NCBI GenBank assembly: GCA_035280265.1
Contig: DATEGE010000005.1
Location: 983-64,982 of the forward strand
DNA from: Gemmatimonadales bacterium
GTDB lineage: Bacteria; Gemmatimonadota; Gemmatimonadetes; Gemmatimonadales; GWC2-71-9
Direction: 5' to 3'
DNA length: 64,000 nt
Below, piece by piece: positions 26,628-35,602 of this stretch. The first letter of the stretch is position 1; each line of letters starts with the position of its first letter. The position numbers and the translations under genes are program-made. Under the pieces are notes generated by a model that was given only the letters and a program-made list of their open reading frames with translations, had not been told where the DNA came from and searched no databases.

Positions 26628-27607
26628 AAGGCGTCCAGCAAAACCGTCGCGCGGAGACGTCGCGCAGAACCGTCGCGGTAAAGCGTCGAGCGATTGAGCT
26701 GGGTTTCGCTGCGGTGGGAGTGGCAAGCCTCGAGCCGAGCGCGCACGCAACCGAGCTCGATCGCTGGTTAGCCGCCGGATACGCCGGCTCGATGACTTAC
26801 CTGCACCGCCAGGCGGCGAAACGAAAGAACCCGGCCCGCATCATGCCCAACGCGCGCGTCGCGGTGGTCACCCTGACCAATTATTTCCACGGGACGACTG
26901 ATCCCGGGCGCGAGCCCGGGGGTCGCGGCAAGGTCGCGCAGTACGCGTGGGCATCGGACTATCACCGCGTGCTGGGGAGCCGGCTCGAGCGGCTCGCGAC
27001 GGCGATCCGAGAGATCGTTCCAGGTGCAACGGCGCGCTGCTATGTCGATGCCGGGCCGGTCCCGGAGCGGGAGCTGGCACAGCACGCCGGGCTCGGCTGG
27101 ATCGGGAAGAACATGATGCTGATAGATCCGGAACGCGGATCGTTCACCTTCATCGGCGTGGTCCTCACGGACGCCGCGCTGGTCCCCGATCTGCCGTTCG
27201 AAGCCGATCGCTGTGGCACCTGCCGCGCGTGCCTCGACGCCTGCCCCACCGATGCGTTCGTCGCCCCGCATATGCTCGATGCACGACGCTGCATCTCGTA
27301 CCTGACGATCGAGCACCGGGGCGCGTTCAATGAGGCCGAGCGCAGGCTGGTGGGCGAGTGGCTGTTCGGATGCGACGTGTGTCAGGACGTGTGTCCGTGG
27401 AACCAGAAGTTCGCGCGCCCCACGGCCGACGCCGACCTGGCCGTGCGTCACGAGATCGCCGCTCCCGATCTCGACCAGCTGCTCGAGATCGAGCGCGAGG
27501 CATTCGATCGCCGTTTTGGCGACACTGCGTTCGAGCGTCCCGGCGTCGCGGGCATGCGACGGAACGCCGCGGCCGTGCTCACGAATAGCGGTCCGGCCGG
27601 CCCGTGA
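26624..27607 (+). CDS. queG: Epoxyqueuosine reductase
   Basis: ATG 26624 (MKGVQQNRR...). Motifs: GYAGSMTYLHR, WASDYHRVLGSRL, GLGWIGKNMMLI, the ferredoxin-type clusters CGTCRACLDACPT and CDVCQDVCPWN, and RRCISYLTIEHRG. Confidence 0.9.
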   Translation: MKGVQQNRRAETSRRTVAVKRRAIELGFAAVGVASLEPSAHATELDRWLAAGYAGSMTYLHRQAAKRKNPARIMPNARVAVVTLTNYFHGTTDPGREPGGRGKVAQYAWASDYHRVLGSRLERLATAIREIVPGATARCYVDAGPVPERELAQHAGLGWIGKNMMLIDPERGSFTFIGVVLTDAALVPDLPFEADRCGTCRACLDACPTDAFVAPHMLDARRCISYLTIEHRGAFNEAERRLVGEWLFGCDVCQDVCPWNQKFARPTADADLAVRHEIAAPDLDQLLEIEREAFDRRFGDTAFERPGVAGMRRNAAAVLTNSGPAGP

Positions 27608-27888
27608 CCGAGGCCCACGCGTCACAGCAGCTGCAGGCGACCGCCATTCAGCACCGTCTCAGCGATGGCCTCGCGGCGATCGATCCCCATCACCGTTTGC
27701 GCGGGCGCCCCGTGGTGTACCGCGTGATCGACGGGACGACGCTCGAGATCACCTACCGCGATGTGCCCGGGATCGCCGAAGCGGAGGTGCTGGGTGTGAA
27801 GCGGCTGATCGGAGCGGACTGCTTCTGCACGGTCGCCCCGCAGACGGCGGAGACCGTGATCGTGCGGTTCGTCGTGTCTCTCAGGTAG
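27604..27888 (+). CDS. Hypothetical small protein (94 aa)
   Basis: GTG 27604 forms a GTGA overlap with the queG stop. Third positions are G/C-rich. No family recognised. Confidence 0.45.
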   Translation: MTEAHASQQLQATAIQHRLSDGLAAIDPHHRLRGRPVVYRVIDGTTLEITYRDVPGIAEAEVLGVKRLIGADCFCTVAPQTAETVIVRFVVSLR

Positions 27889-28759
27889 CCGTCAAGCGGA
27901 TCAGCGTCAGCTCGGGGGGGTTGCGCCAGCGCGGGATCCACGCGCTTCCCACTCCGGCGGAAACGTACAGCCACGTCTGCCCCACCCGCTTCAATCCATG
28001 CAGATACTTCCGCCCGAACTGTGAAGGAACAGTGACCGGTCCGATGACCGGCAGGTGGGCCTGGCCGTTGTGGGTATGCCCCGACAACATCGCGTCCACG
28101 CGCAGGCCCGCCGGCAGGTACTCGATCAAGTCGGGGTTGTGAGACACGAGCACGCGAGGAACGTCTTCCGGCACGCGGGCGAAGGCCTCATCCGGCCGAA
28201 CGGCGCCGTGCGTGAAGTCGTCGACGCCGCCTACGGCGAGCACCGCGCTGCCGCGTCGGATCACACGGTGCTGATTGACGAGCACGGCCGCCCCACCCCG
28301 CTCCACCGCGGCGGCGACAGCGTCCGGCTCTATCCAATGGTCGTGATTTCCGAGCACCGCCACCACACCGTCCGGCGCGCGGAACCGCCCGACCACGGTC
28401 TCCAACCCCTCGAGGTCGCTCCGGGCGTGACTTACGAAGTCACCGCCCAGCACCACGAGGTCCGGTGCGAGCGCGGTAGCCCGGTCCGCGACGCGCGCCA
28501 GCCACCGAGCCGGGACGGCGGGACCGTGATGCAGGTCCGTGACCAGCGCGATCCTGTACCCGACCAGTGCGGCGCCAAGCCCCTGAAGCGGCAGCGTCAC
28601 CTCAGGCGTTTCGAGCGGGACGACGTCCCAGCGGTGCAGCCGTGCGGCCAACCGCTCCGCCAGCCACCCCAGCCGCATCTCGAAGAATCGCTCGAACAGC
28701 GGGAGCCGCCGTTCCCGCGCGGGCGGACGGCGGCGCGGGTGGAGCAGCGGCCCGATCAC
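27881..28759 (-). CDS. Metallophosphoesterase (calcineurin-like)
   Basis: Motifs: IALVTDLHHG, VVLGGDFVSH, LGNHDHW and SGHTHNGQ. Its GTG start forms a GTGA overlap with the upstream stop. Confidence 0.85.
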   Translation of the reverse strand: MIGPLLHPRRRPPARERRLPLFERFFEMRLGWLAERLAARLHRWDVVPLETPEVTLPLQGLGAALVGYRIALVTDLHHGPAVPARWLARVADRATALAPDLVVLGGDFVSHARSDLEGLETVVGRFRAPDGVVAVLGNHDHWIEPDAVAAAVERGGAAVLVNQHRVIRRGSAVLAVGGVDDFTHGAVRPDEAFARVPEDVPRVLVSHNPDLIEYLPAGLRVDAMLSGHTHNGQAHLPVIGPVTVPSQFGRKYLHGLKRVGQTWLYVSAGVGSAWIPRWRNPPELTLIRLTAT

Positions 28760-30246
28760 TTCGCGGCGACGCGCGACACTACGTCGTACACGAAGTGCAC
28801 GCCGAACGTGAGGTTGTCGAGGCTCACGCGCTCATCGTTACCGTGCACGCCGCGCGACTCCGCCTGGTTGAGGGCGAACGGCGACAACCCGTAGCTCACG
28901 ATGCCCAAGCGCCGGAAATAGTGACTGTCGGTGAAGCCGGCGAGCGGGGTGGTGGTGACGACCGTGTTGGGGGTCCGCTCATGAGCCACGGACACGATTG
29001 CTCGGAACAGCTCCGTGTCGGTCGGGCTTTCCGTCGCGGGCCAGTTCGGCCCCTCGGGCGTGATCGCGACGGCCGAGTCTCCCACGACGCGCACCAAGTC
29101 CGCCAGGAACGCTTGCGGGTCCTGTCCGGGCAGGAGCCGCACGTCGAGCGCCGCGCGCGCCACCGGCGGGATTACGTTCGTCTTGTCGCTGCCCTGCAGG
29201 CCAGTGATGGAAATGGTGTTGCGCAGCAGCGCGTTGTACGTGAGGTCGCCCGTGAGGGCGCGCGCCCCCGCCGTGTCTCGCAGCGCCATGCGCACGTCCG
29301 CGAGCCAGGCGCGCCGTACGGGATCGGGCTCGATCGTGGAGAGGTCGCGCAGATAGCGCTCCACCGCCGGTGTCACGATCAACGGCGTCTGATACGAGGC
29401 GATCCGGTTCAAGGCCCGGATCAAGCGGTGAACCGGATTGTCCGGGGTCGGGCGGGAGCCGTGACCCGCGGTCCCGCGTGCCGTCACGTCCAGCCAGAAC
29501 GGCGACTTTTCCGTCGTCCCCACGCCGTAATACTCGATCCGGCCATTCGCATCGGCCCGGATCGTGCCGCCTTCGTTCAGCAAGAATTCGGCGTTCTCCA
29601 GCAGTTCCGGGTGGTTCTGCGCGAACCACCCGGCCCCGACGCCACCCCCGATCTCCTCATCCGCAGTCGCGAGGAAGATCACGTCGCGCTTGAGCGCGAC
29701 CCGAGCGCGCTTGAGCGTGAGCAGCGTCATGAGCTGCGTGATGGCCTCCCCCTTCATGTCGAGGGCGCCGCGTCCCCAGATGTACCCGTCCCGCTCCACG
29801 CCGCTGAACGGGTCGACCGTCCAGTACTCGGGACTCGCCAGCACGACATCCATATGGTTGAGCAGAATGAGGGGCCGGCCGCTGCCGTCACCCTGGAGGC
29901 GAGCGTACAGGTTCGCCTTCCCAGGCTTGGGCTCGAACAGCTGCGACGCGATCCCGTCGCGCGCCAGCACCGCCTGGAGCCACGTCGCTGCCTTCAGCTC
30001 GTTGCCGGGGGGATTCGTGGTGTTAATCGCGATGTACTGCGACAAGAGCGCCGCCGCCTCATGGCCGACGTTGCGCCATTGAGCGTCGGTGCGCGGCACC
30101 TCCGGCTCGAATTGCCGGGGGGGCAGCATCACGGATTGCGAGGAAGGGCCGAACAGGCCGGGCTGTGCGGGGGGCGCTGCGGCGCGAGGGGAGTGCGCAC
30201 AGGAAACCGCGAAGAGCAACGCCAGGGGCGGGCAGGTCCAACGCAC
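28756..30246 (-). CDS. M20/M25/M40 family peptidase, secreted or lipoprotein
   Basis: GTG 30246 is preceded by GGAGGA. The signal is VRWTCPPLALLFAVSC. Motifs: LLNHMDVV, GRGALDMKG and ATADEEIGG. The track ORF upstream part (to 30498) is unlikely. Confidence 0.85.
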   Translation of the reverse strand: MRWTCPPLALLFAVSCAHSPRAAAPPAQPGLFGPSSQSVMLPPRQFEPEVPRTDAQWRNVGHEAAALLSQYIAINTTNPPGNELKAATWLQAVLARDGIASQLFEPKPGKANLYARLQGDGSGRPLILLNHMDVVLASPEYWTVDPFSGVERDGYIWGRGALDMKGEAITQLMTLLTLKRARVALKRDVIFLATADEEIGGGVGAGWFAQNHPELLENAEFLLNEGGTIRADANGRIEYYGVGTTEKSPFWLDVTARGTAGHGSRPTPDNPVHRLIRALNRIASYQTPLIVTPAVERYLRDLSTIEPDPVRRAWLADVRMALRDTAGARALTGDLTYNALLRNTISITGLQGSDKTNVIPPVARAALDVRLLPGQDPQAFLADLVRVVGDSAVAITPEGPNWPATESPTDTELFRAIVSVAHERTPNTVVTTTPLAGFTDSHYFRRLGIVSYGLSPFALNQAESRGVHGNDERVSLDNLTFGVHFVYDVVSRVAAK

Positions 30247-30313
30247 GAGTCCTCCGGACGGAAGCGGGGACTCGCAAGCTATCGGGGGGCCCGCCGTAGA
30301 GCGAGCCCCGGCG

Positions 30314-31717
30314 TCAATGCACGGTGATCGTCGCCTGCCCAGTCTTTCCTTGGCTCGTCGCGAATATGGTAGCGGTTCCGGGGGCGCGACCGAGCGCACG
30401 ATCACCACTGCAGGCGCCGCAGGGGTACACAAAGACCACCGTGCTGTCGGAGGAAGACCACGATGCGTTGGCGCCGAGATCGTGCCCGGCCGAATCACGT
30501 ATCACCGCTTGGAGGAAAACGCCGCTGTCTCCCACCGCTACCGTCGCGCTCTCGGGCACGATGGTCACTTTGGCAACCGTGCCGAGGATCACGACGTGGA
30601 CGGCAAGCGAGTCCGTCACGCCGCGACTCGTCGCGTAGATCGTGGCCACGCCGACCTGGCGCCCCGTGACCATAGCCTCAACGGTGTCAGTCGGCGCGGT
30701 GACCACCGCCACGTCCGTGTCACTGCTCGTCCAAGTGATTTTCGAATTGGGAGCAAAATTGCCGCTCGAATCCCAGACTGCAGCATACAGCCAGATGGTC
30801 CCTCCCACACCGACTTGGGTCTGCCCACTGATGTGGATGGAGGCGTGTCCGCCGCCGGCTCGAGGGAGCGACGCCGATAGGGTCGTTGTTCCCCCCGCCG
30901 ACACCTGCACGTGCGGCGTGACCACAGTGGCCAGCCACGGCATGAAGGGCTCCTCGATCTTCACGAAGTATTGACCAGGGGGCAGAAACGCGACCTTGTA
31001 ATCCCCTGAGGAATCGCTACGCCCCGTGGCCTCGAGGTAGCCGATGCTGTCGGGCCGGCCCGGATATGTTGCGAACACCGAGACCTGCGCGTTCGGGACG
31101 GGACCCCCTGAGCTTTGCGTCACCGTCCCGGCGATCGCGCCTGCGGCCGCCGAATTGATCGCCCGCAGGTTGGGAGTGAAATCGAACGCATAGTCGCCGG
31201 AATAATTGAACAGGAAGCTGCGCCCGATATCGAAGTCGAGCACGATGTCCGCGCCGGTCGTGGCCACGTCGACCGGATACTCGACGAACGCGTAGATCGT
31301 TGACCAGCCGTGCCAGTTCACGTGCGCCGGTGTTTGGGCAGCGTCGTTCCAGTTGATCGAGGACTGGGTGGTGTCGATGGTCATCCGGACCGCGTGGTAT
31401 TGACCCGCCGGCATTTCCCCCTGTCCCAGGAGGGCCGTTGTGCCCTGCTGCAGGGCGAGGAGGTCGAAGGCCTTCCGGGGCTCCGTGATCAGCACCCAGG
31501 GCCCGCTCCCGCTCGTGTCCTGGTTGGCGCTGGCTTCGATCCGCACGACGTAGATGGACACGCTGTGGAGTGAATCGTATGGGAAGGGAGCGTCGGTGAG
31601 CCGTACTGTGATGATGGGCTGCACCTTGGGGTACGCCGGCATCGTGTCGTCCTGGTAGCAGCCCACCGCGTACAGCGCGACCGCCAAGAACCCGATGAAT
31701 GCGGCACGTGTCGACAT
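30314..31717 (-). CDS. Lipoprotein with a DUF4382-like N-domain, a carboxypeptidase-regulatory-like domain and two Big_2 Ig-like domains
   Basis: ATG 31717 (MSTRAAFIGFLAVALYAVGC lipobox). LTDAPFPYDSLHSVSIYVVRIE...AGQYHAVRMTI is DUF4382-like. AIAGTVTQSSGGPVPNAQVSVF...DYKVAFLPPGQYFVKI is CarboxypepD_reg-like. The C-terminal repeats (VATIYATSRGVTDSLAVHV, TATIFATSQGKTGQATITV) are Big_2-like. Confidence 0.7.
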   Translation of the reverse strand: MSTRAAFIGFLAVALYAVGCYQDDTMPAYPKVQPIITVRLTDAPFPYDSLHSVSIYVVRIEASANQDTSGSGPWVLITEPRKAFDLLALQQGTTALLGQGEMPAGQYHAVRMTIDTTQSSINWNDAAQTPAHVNWHGWSTIYAFVEYPVDVATTGADIVLDFDIGRSFLFNYSGDYAFDFTPNLRAINSAAAGAIAGTVTQSSGGPVPNAQVSVFATYPGRPDSIGYLEATGRSDSSGDYKVAFLPPGQYFVKIEEPFMPWLATVVTPHVQVSAGGTTTLSASLPRAGGGHASIHISGQTQVGVGGTIWLYAAVWDSSGNFAPNSKITWTSSDTDVAVVTAPTDTVEAMVTGRQVGVATIYATSRGVTDSLAVHVVILGTVAKVTIVPESATVAVGDSGVFLQAVIRDSAGHDLGANASWSSSDSTVVFVYPCGACSGDRALGRAPGTATIFATSQGKTGQATITVH

Positions 31718-31833
31718 GGACCGCTCCGGCGTAGAAGACTTGCGTGGCGTTTTCCTGAGAGATACCTCTGCGGTGGTCACCGCGTCACACGCACCGCGCC
31801 GGGGCATGCGGATGTGACGCCCGGAGGGCCCGC

Positions 31834-32391
31834 ATGGGTATACGGAAGGTGGGGACGAGCGACGCCGAGGTGGTGCGCCGTGTGCTGGCCGGCGACACCG
31901 GCGCCTACGCCGCGCTCGTCGCGCGGTACCGCGACCGGCTGGCCCGCTATGCCGTGCATATGCTCGGCGATCTCGAGGACGCCGAGGAGGCGCTCCAGGA
32001 CGCCTTCGTCCGGGCGTATCGCTCGCTGCAGCGCTGCGACGATCCGGCGCGATTCGGGGCGTGGCTGTACGGGATTCTGGTCAACCGGTGCCGCACGACT
32101 GGCGCACGCGCGGCGCGGCGTGGGCGTATGTTCGTGCGGGACCACGCCGCGATCAGCAACGTCGTCCACCCCGGCGCCACGGACCAGAACGACGGCGAGG
32201 ACGCGGTGCGGTGGGCACTGACTCGTCTCGCACCCGAGTACCGTGAGGCCTTCCTCCTGAAGCACGTCGAAGACCTGGAGTACGGGGAGATGTCGCGGCT
32301 CACGGGTGCTGGCATATCGGCGTTGAAGATGCGCGTGAAGCGGGCCCGCGAGCAGTTGCAGGTGCTCCTCAGGGAGGCAGAGCGTGTTTGA
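31834..32391 (+). CDS. ECF-type RNA polymerase sigma-70 factor
   Basis: 185-aa ORF. Region 2 is YRDRLARYAVHMLGDLEDAEEALQDAFVRAY. Region 4 is EYREAFLLKHVEDLEYGEMSRLTGAGISALKMRVKRAREQL. Confidence 0.9.
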   Translation: MGIRKVGTSDAEVVRRVLAGDTGAYAALVARYRDRLARYAVHMLGDLEDAEEALQDAFVRAYRSLQRCDDPARFGAWLYGILVNRCRTTGARAARRGRMFVRDHAAISNVVHPGATDQNDGEDAVRWALTRLAPEYREAFLLKHVEDLEYGEMSRLTGAGISALKMRVKRAREQLQVLLREAERV

Positions 32392-32911
32392 GCCGCAGGA
32401 AGACATGATCGAGCGCGTCGTGGCGCAGCTCCGGCGTGCCGTGCCGGTCGATCCGGCGCTGGACACGCGCGTGATGCAGCAGATCGCGCGTCTGCCGGCG
32501 CACCAAGGGACGGGGGTTGTGCGCGCCGCTTGGCGCTGGCTCACGCGGCCACACCAGTTCGCCGTCTCGCCGCTCGGCGGGCTGGCCATCGCCGCGTTCC
32601 TCGTGCTGCTCGCGGTCATCCTGCCGCGTCGGCGAGGAGCCTCCGGGTTCGAGTTTGCGGTGGTCGCGCCCCACGCCGGCACCGTGGCGCTCGTAGGAGA
32701 CTTCAACGACTGGGACGTCACCCGCACTCCCATGCGGCGCGTGGTCCAGGCGGGTGCCGTGTGGACCGCGGTGGTGCCCCTCTCGCCCGGACGCTATCGC
32801 TACGCCTTCCTGGTGGACGGGGCGATGTGGCTCCCCGACCCAGCAGCACCCCCTGCTCGCGACGAAGAATTCGGTGGGCCCAGTTCCGTCGTGACCATCG
32901 GAGGCACATGA
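32384..32911 (+). CDS. Probable anti-sigma factor: single-pass membrane protein with an extracytoplasmic E-set/CBM48-like (glycogen-binding-type) domain
   Basis: GTG 32384 overlaps the sigma stop by 8 nt. The TM segment is LGGLAIAAFLVLLAVIL. The C-terminal VALVGDFNDWDVTRTPMRR...WTAVVPLSPGRYRYAFLVDGAMWLPDP matches the AMPK-beta/isoamylase N-terminal-type domain. The anti-sigma role is inferred from position. Confidence 0.65.
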   Translation: MFEPQEDMIERVVAQLRRAVPVDPALDTRVMQQIARLPAHQGTGVVRAAWRWLTRPHQFAVSPLGGLAIAAFLVLLAVILPRRRGASGFEFAVVAPHAGTVALVGDFNDWDVTRTPMRRVVQAGAVWTAVVPLSPGRYRYAFLVDGAMWLPDPAAPPARDEEFGGPSSVVTIGGT

Positions 32912-33522
32912 GAATCGACTTGGTGCTCGTCGCGACAGTCCTCGCGACGACGGCCGCCGCACAAGACCCCCGGCTCGAGCGGCTGGACCCCGGCATTCGC
33001 CCGATGGTGATGGCACTCGTGGATTCGGCGCAGTTGACCGGCCTCCCCACGGAGCCATTGGTTCAGCGCGCGCTGGAGGGCGCGACCAAACGAGCCGCGG
33101 GAGACGTGATCGTCGCCGCAGTGCGGCATTTCGCCGCCGATCTGAGCCAGGCCCGTGAGGCGCTGGGCCCCGGCGCTTCGCCCGCCGAGCTCACGGCCGG
33201 AGCCGCTGCCCTGCGCGGCGGCGCGCATCCGGAGATTCTGAGCGACCTGCGGCGCGCGCGGCGACGGTCGCTCATCGTACCGCTCGCCGTGCTCACCGAC
33301 CTCGTTGCCAGTGGAGTGCCCGTCGATAGCGCCGGGGCAGCCGTCGTCGCCCTCGCGAACCGGGCCAGCGACGGGGACCTCGTCGAATTTCGGCGCGCCG
33401 TCGAGCGCGACATCGCGTTCGGTGCGCCTCCAGCCGCCGCGGCCGCGGCCGCAGCCGCGGCGATGCCGGCGAGCGTGCAGGTGAACGCGGGGGCTCGTCA
33501 ACAGCGCCCCGGCCGCCCCTAG
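32908..33522 (+). CDS. Secreted hypothetical protein with a poly-Ala tract
   Basis: ATG 32908 forms an ATGA overlap with the upstream stop. The signal peptide is MRIDLVLVATVLATTAAAQ. APPAAAAAAAAAAMPA lies near the C-terminus. The track start (32530) is over-extended. Confidence 0.6.
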   Translation: MRIDLVLVATVLATTAAAQDPRLERLDPGIRPMVMALVDSAQLTGLPTEPLVQRALEGATKRAAGDVIVAAVRHFAADLSQAREALGPGASPAELTAGAAALRGGAHPEILSDLRRARRRSLIVPLAVLTDLVASGVPVDSAGAAVVALANRASDGDLVEFRRAVERDIAFGAPPAAAAAAAAAAMPASVQVNAGARQQRPGRP

Positions 33523-33525
33523 TTC

Positions 33526-34680
33526 GTGCGGCCAGCGAGGGCCGCGAGACGTGCTTGGGCCGCCTCCATTACGGCGGCTTCCTCTCTGGTCTACACGCGC
33601 CCGGCGATCGCCCAGACGACGGGAACCGTCGACATCTCCATTTCCACCGTGCGCTATGACGGTTTCCTCGCCTCGGGCGCCGCGTCGCTGACGCCGGCGC
33701 TGCGGTGGGCGCGACCTGCCGCTACCGTCAGTGCCCGCGGCACGTACCTCCGCTTCGAAAGCGGTCACCGCAGTCTGCAAGGACTCGTGACCGCTTCGCT
33801 TTTTACGCCGCCCAGCGTAGCGCTCCCCCACTGGCGTGGCGAGCTGTTTCTGTCCGCCGGTGGCAGCAGCTACGCCGACTTCGCCAGCTTTTGGCACGCA
33901 ACCGGGGAAGCGCGACTCCACTATGCGACCGACGATCGCGGTGCCTGGGTCGGCGGCACCGTGGGACGAACGTCCTACGGCATCGCACCGCGCCCGATAA
34001 TGGCCGTAACCATCGCGGTGTGGGCGCGAAGGGAGGTCGCGACCGTCACCCTGGCCGCGACTCGGTGGTCGGTCGGTGACACGGTCTACAGCGACGTGGT
34101 GTCGTCCGCGCACGCGAGCCGTGGCCGCCTCGAGCTCAACGGCGGGCTCGGCGCGCGCGCGTCGAGCCACGGCGGTGGTCACGGGGTGTACGGCGAGGGG
34201 AGTGGGACGCTCACGATCGGCGCGAGGACCGCGCTGTTTGCTGCAGCCGGCCGTTACCCGACCGATCCCGTGAGCGGCAGTGTTGCCGGACGCTACGCGA
34301 GCGCCGGCGTGCGGTTGTGGACGGCGACGACCCGCGCTCCTGTCTTGCGGGACGCGCCGATGAGTCGACAGCCCGTCGCCGCTGACGGCGACGTACCCTC
34401 CGTCGCGCGCCTCGAGCTCCGGCCGGCGCGGCACGGCGTGCGACTCGTCGTGCATGCGGCCGGCGCATCACGCGTGGATCTCGCCGGTGACTTCACTGAC
34501 TGGCAACCGGTGGCGCTGCGGCAGTCCGGCGACGACGCCTGGGAGGCCGTTCTACCGATCGCGAGTGGTGTTCACCGACTCAACATTCGCATCGACGACC
34601 AGAAGTGGACCGCGCCGGCAGGAACCACCCGCCTCACCGATGAATTCGGCGGCGAGGTCGGGATCGTGACGATTCCGTAG
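33526..34680 (+). CDS. Secreted beta-rich protein with a C-terminal E-set/CBM48-like domain
   Basis: 384-aa ORF. The N-terminal signal is AWAASITAASSLVYTRPAIAQ. The C-terminus VDLAGDFTDWQPVALRQSGDDAWEAVLPIASGVHRLNIRIDDQKWTAP is paralogous to the domain in 32384-32911. Confidence 0.6.
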   Translation: MRPARAARRAWAASITAASSLVYTRPAIAQTTGTVDISISTVRYDGFLASGAASLTPALRWARPAATVSARGTYLRFESGHRSLQGLVTASLFTPPSVALPHWRGELFLSAGGSSYADFASFWHATGEARLHYATDDRGAWVGGTVGRTSYGIAPRPIMAVTIAVWARREVATVTLAATRWSVGDTVYSDVVSSAHASRGRLELNGGLGARASSHGGGHGVYGEGSGTLTIGARTALFAAAGRYPTDPVSGSVAGRYASAGVRLWTATTRAPVLRDAPMSRQPVAADGDVPSVARLELRPARHGVRLVVHAAGASRVDLAGDFTDWQPVALRQSGDDAWEAVLPIASGVHRLNIRIDDQKWTAPAGTTRLTDEFGGEVGIVTIP

Positions 34681-34697
34681 GTTTGGCGCGGCGGCGG

Positions 34698-35462
34698 TCA
34701 CAAGCCGGTAGGATGGTCCAAGAACGTCCAAGGGAGATGGAACCGCGCGTTCACGTGCTCCGCCAACGCCTTCACACCCACCGTTTCGGTCGCGTAGTGG
34801 CCGGCATAGAACACGTTCAGGCCGAGCTCCTCGGCGTCGAAGAAGGTGTGATGTGGCCCCTCACCGGTGATGAAGGAATCGAGCCCGGCGGCCGCGGCCT
34901 GGGCAATCATCGAGCCAGCTGCCCCGGTGACGATGCCCACGCGCCTCGCTCGCTCCGGGCCGAACGACATCACGCGCGGCGCCGCGCCCAGCAGCTCCGC
35001 AAGTCGTCGCTCCAGCGCGACTCGCGAAGTGTCGACCTCTCCCCACACGCCGATGGGGACGCCGTACTGCTCGCCGAATGGACCTCGGATGGAAACGCCC
35101 AGCTGCCGGGCGAGCACCGCGTTGTTGCCCACGTCGGGATGTAGATCGAGCGGCAGGTGGGCGCTGTAGACCGCGATGTTGGCCGATACCAGCGTCGCAA
35201 CCCGACCGTAGTCGCGCCCGGTCAGCGGGCGCTGCCCTCCCCAAAAGAGACCGTGATGGACGAGCAAGAGGTCAGCGCCTTGCTCCGCCGCCATGCGCGC
35301 AGTGGCCCGGCACAGATCCACGGCGGCGGCTACGCGGCTCACTGTCCCCGCGTTGGAAAGTTGGAGGCCGTTCAGGGCATGCGACGCGTCCGGGACGTCA
35401 CTGACCCGCAGGTAGCCGTCCAAGTAAGCCACCACCTCGACGAGCGTGAAGGGCGTTGTCAC
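34698..35462 (-). CDS. Nif3-like dinuclear metal centre protein (YbgI/GTP cyclohydrolase 1 type 2 homologue)
   Basis: 254-aa ORF from GTG 35462. Motifs: NGLQLSN, ADLLLVHHGLFWGG, GHYATE. Confidence 0.85.
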   Translation of the reverse strand: MTTPFTLVEVVAYLDGYLRVSDVPDASHALNGLQLSNAGTVSRVAAAVDLCRATARMAAEQGADLLLVHHGLFWGGQRPLTGRDYGRVATLVSANIAVYSAHLPLDLHPDVGNNAVLARQLGVSIRGPFGEQYGVPIGVWGEVDTSRVALERRLAELLGAAPRVMSFGPERARRVGIVTGAAGSMIAQAAAAGLDSFITGEGPHHTFFDAEELGLNVFYAGHYATETVGVKALAEHVNARFHLPWTFLDHPTGL

Positions 35463-35554
35463 AAGCGCCAGTAAGCATATTATCTCACCAGATTATCGAC
35501 AGTGATGCGAGATTCCCACATCGGATGGACTGATAACTCTATCTATAGCAGCGA

Positions 35555-35591
35555 GATACGAAATCCACACGGCGAACGGCGGCCGTGTGGA
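35555..35591 (-). terminator. Candidate intrinsic terminator after the bactofilin gene
   Basis: On the minus strand: tccacacggc-cgccgttc-gccgtgtgga (perfect 10-bp stem, 8-nt loop; stem 35564-35573 / 35582-35591). It is followed by tttcgtatc. It begins 12 nt after the bactofilin stop. Confidence 0.6.
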
Positions 35592-35602
35592 AATCCCGGA
35601 CT

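Noticed and set aside
28567-30327. 586-aa plus-strand ORF antisense to the M20 peptidase
   Set aside because: It is low-complexity and Arg-rich. The minus strand has clear M20 motifs.
32800-34455. 551-aa minus-strand ORF across the ECF operon
   Set aside because: It has the composition typical of a spurious antisense frame. The plus-strand genes have signal peptides, coupling overlaps and recognisable domains.
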